In this document: positions 1 to 19,564 of the stretch, piece after piece
How positions within the stretch are numbered: the first letter of the stretch is position 1
How the letters are laid out: each line of letters starts with the position of its first letter
Origin: the human T2T-CHM13v2.0 reference genome, Homo sapiens
Assembly: GCF_009914755.1 (NCBI RefSeq)
Contig: NC_060948.1
Direction: 5' to 3' (one strand)
Length of the DNA stretch: 64,000 nt
Translations under genes and position numbers: made by a program
Notes under the pieces: generated by a model
What the model was told of the DNA's origin: nothing
Databases searched by the model: none
What the model saw: only the letters and a program-made list of their open reading frames with translations

Positions 1-223
1 AACTTCTGCCTCACGGGTCCAAGCGATTGTCCTCCCTCAGCCTCCCAGGTAGCTGGGACTACACCACACTGGGACTACACCAGCTGCCACCATGCCTAGC
101 TAATTCTTTGGATTTTTAGTAGTGACAGCGTTTCACTGTATTGGCCAGGATGGTCTTGATCTCTTCACCTTGTGATCCCCTTGCCTTGGCCTCCAAATTT
201 GCTGGGATTACAGGCCTGAGCCA
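1..223 (-). mobile_element. Diverged Alu, U1 (cut by window start)
   Basis: cctcagcctcccaggtagctgggactaca ... gctgggattacaggcctgagcca is the reverse complement of an Alu. Confidence 0.95.
53..82. repeat. 16-bp-period tandem duplication inside the Alu right arm (ctgggactacacca x2), present in every unit
   Basis: ctgggactacacca at 53-66 and 69-82 separated by 'ca'; not part of the Alu consensus. Confidence 0.9.
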
Positions 224-790
224 AGATCCATATTTTTTAAATGAAAAAAAATTTCAAAGGTACTCTGCTTGGTACAATAATCAAATGTATAAACTGAGGA
301 ATAAAACATAACCATGAAACCTACTTATAACTGCATATGGAAAATACAGAGGATAATTTTTTAAATAACATATTTTGAAAGCCTTAACAATAATTTGAAG
401 AGTTGGCATTTGAAAGGCCAGTATGAATATACCTTCAAAGCAGCAACACAGGTTCCCCATGAGAAAAAGCAAACACAGGGAAAATAAAAACACAAAGGTT
501 CTATCTCTTCTGACCTTTGAAAGACACAGCACAGACAGTGGTCCTTAGGACGAAGAGCAGGAGACCCCTAATTCCGTCACCATGGCGATAGGGCATAAAC
601 ATTGCTGGGTGAGGGCACAATCCACATTGTGAGGTCCAACTGCTGCCAGGAAGACAGGAGTGCTTTTACATAGACCGAAAGGTCATTGAAGGCTCAGAGT
701 TTTGTTTCAAGGACTGAATCCCAAGCCCACACGTTATTAGGCTGCGCTTCTTAAAACAAGTTATGAGATGGGAAAAAGGGCACCCACAAA
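224..790. repeat. HSATI-type segment of U1; recurs in each unit as the ~568 bp after the Alu
   Basis: Higher-complexity segment between the Alu 5' end and the AT-rich block. The HSATI name comes from known DYZ2 architecture; boundaries are approximate. Confidence 0.75.
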
Positions 791-2642
<1,852 letters not shown>

Positions 2643-3210
2643 AGATCCATATTTTTTAAATGAAAAAAAATTTCAAAGGTACTCTGCTTGGTACAATAAT
2701 CAAATGTATAAACTGAGGAATAAAACGTAACCATGAAACCTACTTATAACTGCATATGGAAAATACAGAGGATAATTTTTTAAATAACATATTTTGAAAG
2801 CCTTAACTAGTAATTTGAAGAGTTGGCATTTGAAAGGCCAGTATGAATATACCTTCAAAGCAGCAACACAGGTTCCCCATGAGAAAAACCAAACACAGGG
2901 AAAATAAAAACAAAAAGGTTCAATCTCTTCTGACCTTTGAAAGACACAGCACAGACAGTGGTCCTTAGGACGAAGAGCAGGAGACCCCTAATTCCGTCAC
3001 CATGGCGATAGGGCATAAACATTGCTAGGTGAGGGCACAATCCACATTGTGAGGTCCAACTGCTGCCAGGAAGACAGGAGTGCTTTTACATAGACCGAAA
3101 GGTCATTGAAGGCTCAGAGTTTTGTTTCAAGAACTGAATCCCAAGCCCACACGATATTAGGCTGCGCTTCTTAAAACAAGTTATGAGATGGGAAAAAGGG
3201 CACCCACAAA
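2643..3210. repeat. HSATI-type segment of U2
   Basis: Copy of 224-790. Confidence 0.75.
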
Positions 3211-5055
<1,845 letters not shown>

Positions 5056-7181
5056 AGATCCATATTTTTTAAATGAAAAAAAATTTCAAAGGTACTCTGC
5101 TTGGTACAATAATCAAATGTATAAACTGAGGAATAAAACATAACCATGAAACCTACTTATAACTGCATATGGAAAATACAGAGGATAATTTTTTAAATAA
5201 CATATTTTGAAAGCCTTAACTAGTAATTTGAAGAGTTGGCATTTGAAAGGCCAGTATGAATATACCTTCAAAGCAGCAACACAGGTTCCCCATGAGAAAA
5301 AGCAAACACAGGGAAAATAAAAACACAAAGGTTCAATCTCTTCTGACCTTTGAAAGACACAGCACAGACAGTGGTCCTTAGGACGAAGAGCAGGAGACCC
5401 CTAATTCCGTCACCATGGCGATAGGGCATAAACATTGCTGGGTGAGGGCACAATCCACATTGTGAGGTCCAACTGCTGCCAGGAAGACAGGAGTGCTTTT
5501 ACATAGACCGAAAGGTCATTGAAGGCTCAGAGTTTTGTTTCAAGAACTGAATCCCAAGCCCACACGTTATTAGGCTGCGCTTCTTAAAACAAGTTATGAG
5601 ATGGGAAAAAGGGCACCCACAAACATACGTATACATTATGTATATAATAATATACAGTGTCATATATATAATATATATAACCTATGTATAATATTGTTTT
5701 ACATCCTGCATCTTATGTTATATATAGTATAAAATATAATAATTGATAATATATAAGTTTTATAATTATACAATATGACATATAGTATATATTATAATTT
5801 ATCACATATATAATATATGTTATATGTCATATATAGAATATATTATACGGTTAATATACGTATTAAATATAAATTATACATTATATATATTATATATAAT
5901 ATACCTGTTATATATAATAACCATTATGCATAATATATATATTATGTCTATGTTATATATAGTATAAAACAACATATAATAATATATAATTGTATATGTA
6001 AAATGCGACATATAATATATATTATATTTTATAACATATGTAATATATATTTTATATTATATATAATACGTTGTATGTATAATACCTATATTAAATATAT
6101 ATTATATGACTATGTTATTAATTACATGTCACATGTGTTATATATTATATATTTTACATAGAATATACCGGTTGCATACAATATATACTATGTTACCTAT
6201 AATGTATAATTTATTACATGTAAAATAAAGAATGCAATATATTATGTATAATTTATAATATACCATATGTGGAATGTGATATATATAACATATAATATAT
6301 GATATATGATATACAGTATATGATATATAACATACGATATATGATTCCTAATATATATGGTATACAATACATATTTTATGATATGTATTCTATGTGTTTT
6401 ATATTCTGTTATATATAACTATTTGAAAGTATATATAACTGTATAATATTTTATGTAAATATGTAATATAATATATATAACTATATAATATATTATATAT
6501 AACTATATATTATGTTATATATACTTTTATAACATAATTTACATAAAATATCATAATATAATATATATTATATTATTTCATATTACATAATATATATTAC
6601 ATATCACCCAATATAACTAACATACATAATATTATAATATAGATTATATTGTGTTATATTAAATATCATATATATCATGTATCATATATTCTATAATATA
6701 TATTACACATTATATAATATGTATGTTGTGTATTATGTGATATATATAACTATATATATAATTATATTTTTATACATATAACTAGATAAACATGTAATTC
6801 TACATATTTTCATTTATAATATGTAGAATTATATAATCATATATAATTATTTATATTCTATAAAAAATTTTATCATTATATAAATTATAATATATAAAAA
6901 TTATAATATGTACTACAAATATATATATTATATATCATATATGATATAGTACCTTTGTTATATATCATAATACATATAAATGGGTATTATGTTATCTATA
7001 ATTATATAATTTCATATATAAGATGTATAATATGTATCATGTATTACATATGTTATGTACTATATATAGTATATATAAGATGACACAGGATAAATATTAT
7101 ATACTATGACATATAAAATATATGAGGTTATATGTTACATATAAGGCATAGCACATAACATGTAATATATATCATATATAA

Positions 7182-7473
7182 TTTTTTTTTAGACAGAATC
7201 TTGTCCTGTTGCACAGGGTGGGGTACAATGGCGCCATCTTTGTTCACTGCAACTTCTGCCTCACGGGTCCAAGTGATTGTCCTCCCTCAGCCTCCCAGGT
7301 AGCTGGGACTACACCACACTGGGACTACACCAGCTGCCACCATGCCTAGCTAATTTTTTGGATTTTTAGTAGTGACAGCGTTTCACTGTATTGGAAAGGA
7401 TGGTCTTGATCTCTTCACCTTGTGATCCCCTTGCCTTGGCCTCCAAATTTGCTGGGATTACAGGCCTGAGCCA
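7182..7473 (-). mobile_element. Diverged Alu, U4
   Basis: Copy of U2 Alu with several private changes. Confidence 0.95.
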
Positions 7474-9571
7474 AGATCCATATTTTTTAAATGAAAAAAA
7501 ATTTCAAAGGTACTCTGCTTGGTACATTAATCAAATGTAGAAACTGAGGAATAAAACATAACCATGAAACCTACTTATAACTGCATATGGAAAATACAGA
7601 GGATAATTTTTTAAATAACATATTTTGAAAGCCTTAACTAGTAATTTGAAGAGTTGGCATTTGAAAGGCCAGTATGAATATACCTTCAAAGCAGCAACAC
7701 AGGTTCCCCATGAGAAAAAGCAAACACAGGGAAAACAAAAACACAAAGGTTCAATCTCTTCTGACCTTTGAAAGACACAGCACAGACAGTGGTCCTTAGG
7801 ACGAAGAGCAGGAGACCCCTAATTCCGTCACCATGGCGATAGGGCATAAACATTGCTGGGTGAGGGCACAATCCACATTGTGAGGTCCAACTGCTGCCAG
7901 GAAGACAGGAGTGCTTTTACATAGACCGAAAGGTCATTGAAGGCTCAGAGTTTTCTTTCAAGAACTGAATCCCAAGCCCACACGTTATTAGGCTGCGCTT
8001 CTTAAAACAAGTTATGAGATGGGAAAAAGGGCACCCACAAACATACGTATACATTATGTATATAATAATATACAGTGTCATATATATAATATATATAACC
8101 TATGTATAATATTGTTTTACATCCTGCATCTTATGTTATATATATTGTATAAAATATAATAATTGATAATATATAAGTTTTATAATTATACAATATGACA
8201 TATAGTATATATTATAATTTATGACATATATAATATATGTTATATGTCATATATAGAATATATTATACGGTTAATATACGTATTAAATATAAATTATACA
8301 TTATATATATTATATATAATATATCTGTTATATATAATAACCATTATGCATAATATATATATTATGTCTATGTTATATATAGTATAAAACAACATATAAT
8401 AATATATAATTGTATATATAAAATGCGACATATAATATATATTATATTTTATAACATATGTAATACATATTTTATATTATATATAATACGTTGTATGTAT
8501 AATACCTATATTAAATATATATTATATGACTATGTTATTAATTACATGTCACATGTGTTATATATTATATATTTTACATAGAATATACCGGTTGCATACA
8601 ATATATACTATGTTACCTATAATGTATAATTTATTACATGTAAAATAAAGAATGCAATATATTATGTATAATTTATAATATACCATATGTGGAATGTGAT
8701 ATATATAACATATAATATATGATATATGATATACAGTATATGATATATAACATACGATATATGATTCCTAATATATATGCTATACAATATATATTTTATG
8801 ATATGTATTCTATGTGTTTTATATTCTGTTATATATAACTATTTGAAATTATATATAACTGTATAATATTTTATGTAAATATGTAATATAATATATATAA
8901 CTATATAATATATTATATATAACTATATATTATATTATATATACTTTTATAACATAATTTACATAAAATATCATAATATAATATATATTATATTATTTCA
9001 TATTACATAATATATATTACATATCACCCAATATAACTAACATACATAATATTATAATATAGATTATATTGTGTTATATTAAATATCATATATATCATGT
9101 ATCATATATTCTATAATATATATTACACATTATATAATATGTATGTTGTCTATTATGTGATATATATAACTATATATATAATTATATTTTTATACATATA
9201 ACTAGATAAACATGTAATTCTACATATTTTCATTTATAATATGTAGAATTATATAACCATATATAATTATTTATATTCTATAAAAAATTTTATCATTATA
9301 TAAATTATAATATATAAAAATTATTATATGTACTACAAATATATATATTATATATGATATAGTACCTTTGTTATATATCATAATACATATAAATGTGTAT
9401 TATGTTATCTATAATTATATAATTTCATATATAAGATGTATAATATGTATCATATATTATATATGTTATGTACTATATATAGTATATATAAGATGACACA
9501 GGATAAATATTATATACTATGACATATAAAATATATGAGGTTATATGTTACATATAAGGCATAGCACATAA

Positions 9572-9886
<315 letters not shown>

Positions 9887-11989
9887 AGATCCATATTTTT
9901 TAAATGAAAAAAAATTTCAAAGGTACTCTGCTTGGTACAATAATCAAATGTATAAACTGAGGAATAAAACATAACCATGAAACCTACTTATAACTGCATA
10001 TGGAAAATACAGAGGATAATTTTTTAAATAACATATTTTGAAAGCCTTAACTAGTAATTTGAAGAGCTGGCATTTGAAAGGCCAGTATGAATATACCTTC
10101 AAAGCAGCAACACCAGTTCCCCATGAGAAAAAGCAAACACAGGGAAAATAAAACCACAAAGGTTCAATCTCTTCTGACCTTTGAAAGACACAGCACAGAC
10201 AGTGGTCCTTAGGACGAAGAGCAGGAGACCCCTAATTCCGTCACCATGGCGATAGGGCATAAACATTGCTGGGTGAGGGCACAATCCACATTGTGAGGTC
10301 CAACTGCTGCCAGGAAGACAGGAGTGCTTTTACATAGACCGAAAGGTCATTGAAGGCTCAGAGTTTTGTTTCAAGAACTGAATCCCAAGCCCACATGTTA
10401 TTAGGCTGCGCTTCTTAAAACAAGTTATGAGATGGGAAAAAGGGCACCCACAAACATACGTATACATTATGTATATAATAATATACAGTGTCATATATAT
10501 AATATATATAACCTATGTATAATATTGTTTTACATCCTGCATCTTATGTTATATATAGTATAAAATATAATAATTGATAATATATAAGTTTTATAATTAT
10601 ACAATATGACATATAGTATATATTATAATTTATCACATATATAATATATGTTATATGTCATATATAGAATATATTATACGGTTAATATACGTATTAAATA
10701 TAAATTATACATTATATATATTATATATAATATATCTGTTATATATAATAACCATTATGCATAATATATATATTATGTCTATGTTATATATAGTATAAAA
10801 CAACATATAATAATATATAATTGTATATGTAAAATGCGACATATAATATATATTATATTTTATAACATATGTAATATATATTTTATATTATATATAATAC
10901 GTTGTATGTATAATACCTATATTAAATATATATTATATGACTATGTTATTAATTACATGTCACATGTGTTATATATTATATATTTTACATAGAATATACC
11001 GGTTGCATACAATATATACTATGTTACCTATAATGTATAATTTATTACATGTAAAATAAAGAATGCAATATATTATGTATAATTTATAATATACCATATG
11101 TGGAATGTGATATATATAACATATAATATATGATATATGATATACAGTATATGATATATAACATACGATATATGATTCCTAATATATATGGTATACAATA
11201 CATATTTTATGATATGTATTCTATGTGTTTTATATTCTGTTATATATAACTATTTGAAAGTATATATAACTGTATAATATTTTATGTAAATATGTAATAT
11301 AATATATATAACTATATAATATATTATATATAACTATATATTATGTTATATATACTTTTATAACATAATTTACATAAAATATCATAATATAATATATATT
11401 ATATTATTTCATATTACATAATATATATTACATATCACCCAATATAACTAACATACATAATATTATAATATAGATTATATTGTGTTATATTAAATATCAT
11501 ATATATCATGTATCATATATTCTATAATATATATTACACATTATATAATATGTATGTTGTGTATTATGTGATATATATAACTATATATATAATTATATTT
11601 TTATACATATAACTAGATAAACATGTAATTCTACATATTTTCATTTATAATATGTAGAATTATATAATCATATATAATTATTTATATTCTATAAAAAATT
11701 TTATCATTATATAAATTATAATATATAAAAATTATAATATGTACTACAAATATATATATTATATATCATATATGATATAGTACCTTTGTTATATATCATA
11801 ATACATATAAATGTGTATTATGTTATCTATAATTATATAATTTCATATATAAGATGTATAATATGTATCATATATTACATATGTTATGTACTATATATAG
11901 TATATATAAGATGACACAGGATAAATATTATATACTATGACATATAAAATATATGAGGTTATATGTTACATATAAGGCATAGCACATAA

Positions 11990-12304
<315 letters not shown>

Positions 12305-14432
12305 AGATCCATATTTTTTAAATGAAAAAAAATTTCAAAGGTACTCTGCTTGGTACAATAATCAAATGTATAAACTGAGGAATAAAACATAACCATGAAA
12401 CCTACTTATAACTGCATATGGAAAATACAGAGGATAATTTTTTAAATAACATATTTTGAAAGCCTTAACTAGTAATTTGAAGAGCTGGCATTTGAAAGGC
12501 CAGTATGAATATACCTTCAAAGCAGCAACACAGGTTCCCCATGAGAAAAAGCAAACACAGGGAAAATAAAAACACAAAGGTTCAATCTCTTCTGACCTTT
12601 GAAAGACACAGCACAGACAGTGGTCCTTAGGACGAAGAGCAGGAGACCCCTAATTCCGTCACCATGGCGATAGGGCATAAACATTGCTGGGTGAGGGCAC
12701 AATCCACATTGTGAGGTCCAACTGCTGCCAGGAAGACAGGAGTGCTTTTACATAGACCGAAAGGTCATTGAAGGCTCAGAGTTTTGTTTCAAGAACTAAA
12801 TCCCAAGCCCACACGTTATTAGGCTGCGCTTCTTAAAACAAGTTATGAGATGGGAAAAAGGGCACCCACAAACATACGTATACATTATGTATATAATAAT
12901 ATACAGTATCATATATATAATATATATAACCTATGTATAATATTGTTTTACATCCTGCATCTTATGTTATATATATTGTATAAAATATAATAATTGATAA
13001 TATATAAGTTTTATATTTATACAATATGACAAATAGTATATATTATAATTTATGACATATATAATATATGTTATATATCATATATAGAATATATTATACG
13101 GTTAATATACGTATTAAATATAAATTATACATTATATATAGTATATATAATATATCTGTTATATATAATACCCATTATGCCTAATATATATATTATGTCT
13201 ATGTTATATATAGTATAAAACAACATATAATAATATATAATTGTATATATAAAATGCGACATATAATATATATTATATTTTATAACATATGTAATATATA
13301 TTATATATTATATATAATACGTTGTATGTATAATACCTATATTAAATATATATTATATGACTATGTTATTAATTACATGTCACATGTGTTATATATTATA
13401 TATTTTACATAGAATATACCGGTTACATACAATATATACTATGTTACCTATAATGTATAATTTATTACATGTAAAATAAAGAATGCAATATATTATGTAT
13501 AATTTATAATATACAATATGTGGAATGTGATATATATAACATATAATATATGATATATGATATACAGTATATGATATATAACATACAATATATGATTCCT
13601 AATATATATGGTATACAATATATATTTTATGATATGTATTCTATATGTTTTATATTCTGTTATATATAACTATTTGAAATTATATATAACTGTATAATAT
13701 TTTATGTAAATATGTAATATAATATATATAACTATATAATATATTATATATAACTATATATTATGTTATATATACTTTTATAACGTAATTTACATAAAAT
13801 ATCATAATATAATATATATTATATTATTTCATATTACATAATATATATTACATATCACCCAATATAACTAACATACATAATATTATAATATAGATTATAT
13901 TGTGTTATATTAAATATCATATATATCATGCATCATATATTCTATAATATATATTACACATTATATAATATGTATGTTGTCTATTATGTGATATATATAA
14001 CTATATATATAATTATATTTTTATACATATAACTAGATAAACATGTAATTCTACATATTTTCATTTATAATATGTAGAATTATATAATCATATATAATTA
14101 TTTATATTCTATAAAAAATTTTATCATTATATAAATTATAATATATAAAAATTATAATATGTACTACAAATATATATATTATATATCATATATGATATAG
14201 TACCTTTGTTATATATCATAATACATATAAATGTGTATTATGTTATCTATAATTATATAATTTAATATATAAGATGTATAATATGTATCATATATTATAT
14301 ATGTTATGTAATATATATAGTATATGTAAGATGACACAGGATAAATATTATATACTATGACATATAAAATATATCAGGTTATATGTTACATATAAGGCAT
14401 AGCACATAACATGTAATATGTATCATATATAA

Positions 14433-14724
14433 TTTTTTTTTAGACAGAATCTTGTCCTGTTGCACAGGGTGGGGTACAATATCGCCATCTTTGCTCACTG
14501 CAACTTCTGCCTCACGGGTCCAAGCGATTGTCCTCCCTCAGCCTCCCAGGTAGCTGGGACTACACCACACTGGGACTACACCAGCTGCCACCATGCCTAG
14601 CTAATTATTTGGATTTTTAGTAGTGACAGCGTTTCACTGTATTGGCCAGGATGGTCTTGATCTCTTCACCTTGTGATCCCCTTGCCTTGGCCTCCAAATT
14701 TGCTGGGATTACAGGCCTGAGCCA
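14433..14724 (-). mobile_element. Diverged Alu, U7
   Basis: Copy of U2 Alu; atcgcc variant. Confidence 0.95.
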
Positions 14725-16852
14725 AGATCCATATTTTTTAAATGAAAAAAAATTTCAAAGGTACTCTGCTTGGTACAATAATCAAATGTATAAACTGAGG
14801 AATAAAACATAACCATGAAACCTACTTATAACTGCATATGGAAAATACAGAGGATAATTTTTTAAATAACATATTTTGAAAGCCTTAACTAGTAATTTGA
14901 AGAGTTGGCATTTGAAAGGCCAGTATGAATATACCTTCAAAGCAGCAACACAGGTTCCCCATGAGAAAAAGCAAACACAGGGAAAATAAAATCACAAAGG
15001 TTCAATCTCTTCTGACCTTTGAAAGACACAGCACAGACAGTGGTCCTTAGGACGAAGAGCAGGAGACCCCTAATTCCGTCACCATGGCGATAGGGCATAA
15101 ACATTGCTGGGTGAGGGCACAATCCACATTGTGAGGTCCAACTGCTGCCAGGAAGACAGGAGTGCTTTTACATAGACCGAAAGGTCATTGAAGGCTCAGA
15201 GTTTTGTTTCAAGAACTAAATCCCAAGCCCACACGTTATTAGGCTGCGCTTCTTAAAACAAGTTATGAGATGGGAAAAAGGGCACCCACAAACATACGTA
15301 TACATTATGTATATAATAATATACAGTATCATATATATAATATATATAACCTATGTATAATATTGTTTTACATCCTGCATCTTATGTTATATATATTGTA
15401 TAAAATATAATAATTGATAATATATAAGTTTTATATTTATACAATATGACAAATAGTATATATTATAATTTATGACATATATAATATATGTTATATATCA
15501 TATATAGAATATATTATACGGTTAATATACGTATTAAATATAAATTATACATTATATATAGTATATATAATATATCTGTTATATATAATACCCATTATGC
15601 CTAATATATATATTATGTCTATGTTATATATAGTATAAAACAACATATAATAATATATAATTGTATATATAAAATGCGACATAGAATATATATTATATTT
15701 TATAACATATGTAATATATATTATATATTATATATAATACGTTGTATGTATAATACCTATATTAAATATATATTTTATGACTATGTTATTAATTACATGT
15801 CACATGTGTTATATATTATATATTTTACATAGAATATACCGGTTACATACAATATATACTATGTTACCTATAATGTATAATTTATTACATGTAAAATAAA
15901 GAATGCAATATATTATGTATAATTTATAATATACAATATGTGGAATGTGATATATATAACATATAATATATGATATATGATATACAGTATATGATATATA
16001 ACATACAATATATGATTCCTAATATATATGGTATACAATATATATTTTATGATATGTATTCTATATGTTTTATATTCTGTTATATATAACTATTTGAAAT
16101 TATATATAACTGTATAATATTTTATGTAAATATGTAATATAATATATATAACTATATAATATATTATATATAACTATATATTATGTTATATATACTTTTA
16201 TAACGTAATTTACATAAAATATCATAATATAATATATATTATATTATTTCATATTACATAATATATATTACATATCACCCAATATAACTAACATACATAA
16301 TATTATAATATAGATTATATTGTGTTATATTAAATATCATATATATCATGCATCATATATTCTATAATATATATTACACATTATATAATATGTATGTTGT
16401 CTATTATGTGATATATATAACTATATATATAATTATATTTTTATACATATAACTAGATAAACATGTAATTCTACATATTTTCATTTATAATATGTAGAAT
16501 TATATAATCATATATAATTATTTATATTCTATAAAAAATTTTATCATTATATAAATTATAATATATAAAAATTATAATATGTACTACAAATATATATATT
16601 ATATATCATATATGATATAGTACCTTTGTTATATATCATAATACATATAAATGTGTATTATGTTATCTATAATTATATAATTTAATATATAAGATGTATA
16701 ATATGTATCATATATTATATATGTTATGTAATATATATAGTATATGTAAGATGACACAGGATAAATATTATATACTATGACATATAAAATATATCAGGTT
16801 ATATGTTACATATAAGGCATAGCACATAACATGTAATATGTATCATATATAA

Positions 16853-17144
16853 TTTTTTTTTAGACAGAATCTTGTCCTGTTGCACAGGGTGGGGTACAAT
16901 ATCGCCATCTTTGCTCACTGCAACTTCTGCCTCACGGGTCCAAGCGATTGTCCTCCCTCAGCCTCCCAGGTAGCTGGGACTACACCACACTGGGACTACA
17001 CCAGCTGCCACCATGCCTAGCTAATTATTTGGATTTTTAGTAGTGACAGCGTTTCACTGTATTGGCCAGGATGGTCTTGATCTCTTCACCTTGTGATCCC
17101 CTTGCCTTGGCCTCCAAATTTGCTGGGATTACAGGCCTGAGCCA
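16853..17144 (-). mobile_element. Diverged Alu, U8
   Basis: Copy of U2 Alu; atcgcc variant. Confidence 0.95.
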
Positions 17145-19272
17145 AGATCCATATTTTTTAAATGAAAAAAAATTTCAAAGGTACTCTGCTTGGTACAATA
17201 ATCAAATGTATAAACTGAGGAATAAAACATAACCATGAAACCTACTTATAACTGCATATGGAAAATACAGAGGATAATTTTTTAAATAACATATTTTGAA
17301 AGCCTTAACTAGTAATTTGAAGAGTTGGCATTTGAAAGGCCAGTATGAATATACCTTCAAAGCAGCAACACAGGTTCCCCATGAGAAAAAGCAAACACAG
17401 GGAAAATAAAAACACAAAGGTTCAATCTCTTCTGACCTTTGAAAGACACAGCACAGACAGTGGTCCTTAGGACGAAGAGCAGGAGACCCCTAATTCCGTC
17501 ACCATGGCGATAGGGCATAAACATTGCTGGGTGAGGGCACAATCCACATTGTGAGGTCCAACTGCTGCCAGGAAGACAGGAGTGCTTTTACATAGACCGA
17601 AAGGTCATTGAAGGCTCAGAGTTTTGTTTCAAGAACTAAATCCCAAGCCTACACGTTATTAGGCTGCGCTTCTTAAAACAAGTTATGAGATGGGAAAAAG
17701 GGCACCCACAAACATACGTATACATTATGTATATAATAATATACAGTATCATATATATAATATATATAACCTATGTATAATATTGTTTTACATCCTGCAT
17801 CTTATGTTATATATATTGTATAAAATATAATAATTGATAATATATAAGTTTTATATTTATACAATATGACAAATAGTATATATTATAATTTATGACATAT
17901 ATAATATATGTTATATATCATATATAGAATATATTATACGGTTAATATACGTATTAAATATAAATTATACATTATATATAGTATATATAATATATCTGTT
18001 ATATATAATACCCATTATGCCTAATATATATATTATGTCTATGTTATATATAGTATAAAACAACATATAATTATATATAATTGTATATATAAAATGCGAC
18101 ATAGAATATATATTATATTTTATAACATATGTAATATATATTATATATTATATATAATATGTTGTATGTATAATACCTATATTAAATATATATTTTATGA
18201 CTATGTTATTAATTACATGTCACATGAGTTATATATTATATATTTTACATAGAATATACCGGTTACATACAATATATACTATGTTACCTATAATGTATAA
18301 TTTATTACATGTAAAATAAAGAATGCAATATATTATGCATAATTTATAATATACAATATGTGGAATGTGATATATATAACATATAATATATGATATATGA
18401 TATACAGTGTATGATATATAACATAAAATATATGATTCCTAATATATATGGTATACAATATATATTTTATGATATGTATTCTATATGTTTTATATTCTGT
18501 TATATATAACTATTTGAAATTATATATAACTGTATAATATTTTATGTAAATATGTAATATAATATATATAACTATATAATATAATATAGATAACTATATA
18601 TTATGTTATATATACTTTTATAACATAATTTACATAAAATATCATAATATAATATATATTATATTATTTCATATTACATAATATATATTACATATCACCC
18701 AATGTAACTAACATACATGATATTATAATATAGATTATATTGTGTTATATTAAATATCATATATATCATGTATCATATATTCTATAATATATATTACACT
18801 TCATATAATATGTATGTTGTCTATTATGTGATATATATAACTATATATATAATTATATTTTTATACATATAACTAGATAACCATGTAATTCTACATATTT
18901 TCATTTATAATATGTAGAATTATATAATCATATATAATTATTTATATTCTATAAAAAATTTTATCATTATATAAATTATAATATATAAAAATTATAATAT
19001 GTACTACAAATATATATATTATATATCATATATGATATAGTACCTTTGTTATATATCATAATACATATAAATGTGTATTATGTTATCTATAATTATATAA
19101 TTTCATATATAAGATGTATAATATGTATCATATATTATATATGTTATGTAATATATATAGTATATATAAGATGACACAGGATAAATATTATATACTATGA
19201 CATATAAAATATATGAGGTTATATGTTACATATAAGGCATAGCACATAACATGTAATATATATCATATATAA

Positions 19273-19564
19273 TTTTTTTTTAGACAGAATCTTGTCCTGT
19301 TGCACAGGGTGGGGTACAATGGCGCCATCTTTGCTCACTGCAAATTCTGCCTCACGGGTCCAAGCGATTGTTCTCCCTCAGCCTCCCAGGTAGCTGGGAC
19401 TACACCACACTGGGAATACACCAGCTGCCACCATGCCTAGCTAATTTTTTGGATTTTTAGTAGTGACAGCGTTTCACTGTATTGGCCATGATGGTCTTGA
19501 TCTCTTCACCTTGTGATCCCCTTGCCTTGGCCTCCAAATTTGCTGGGATTGCAGGCCTGAGCCA
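19273..19564 (-). mobile_element. Diverged Alu, U9
   Basis: Copy of U2 Alu with several private changes. Confidence 0.95.
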
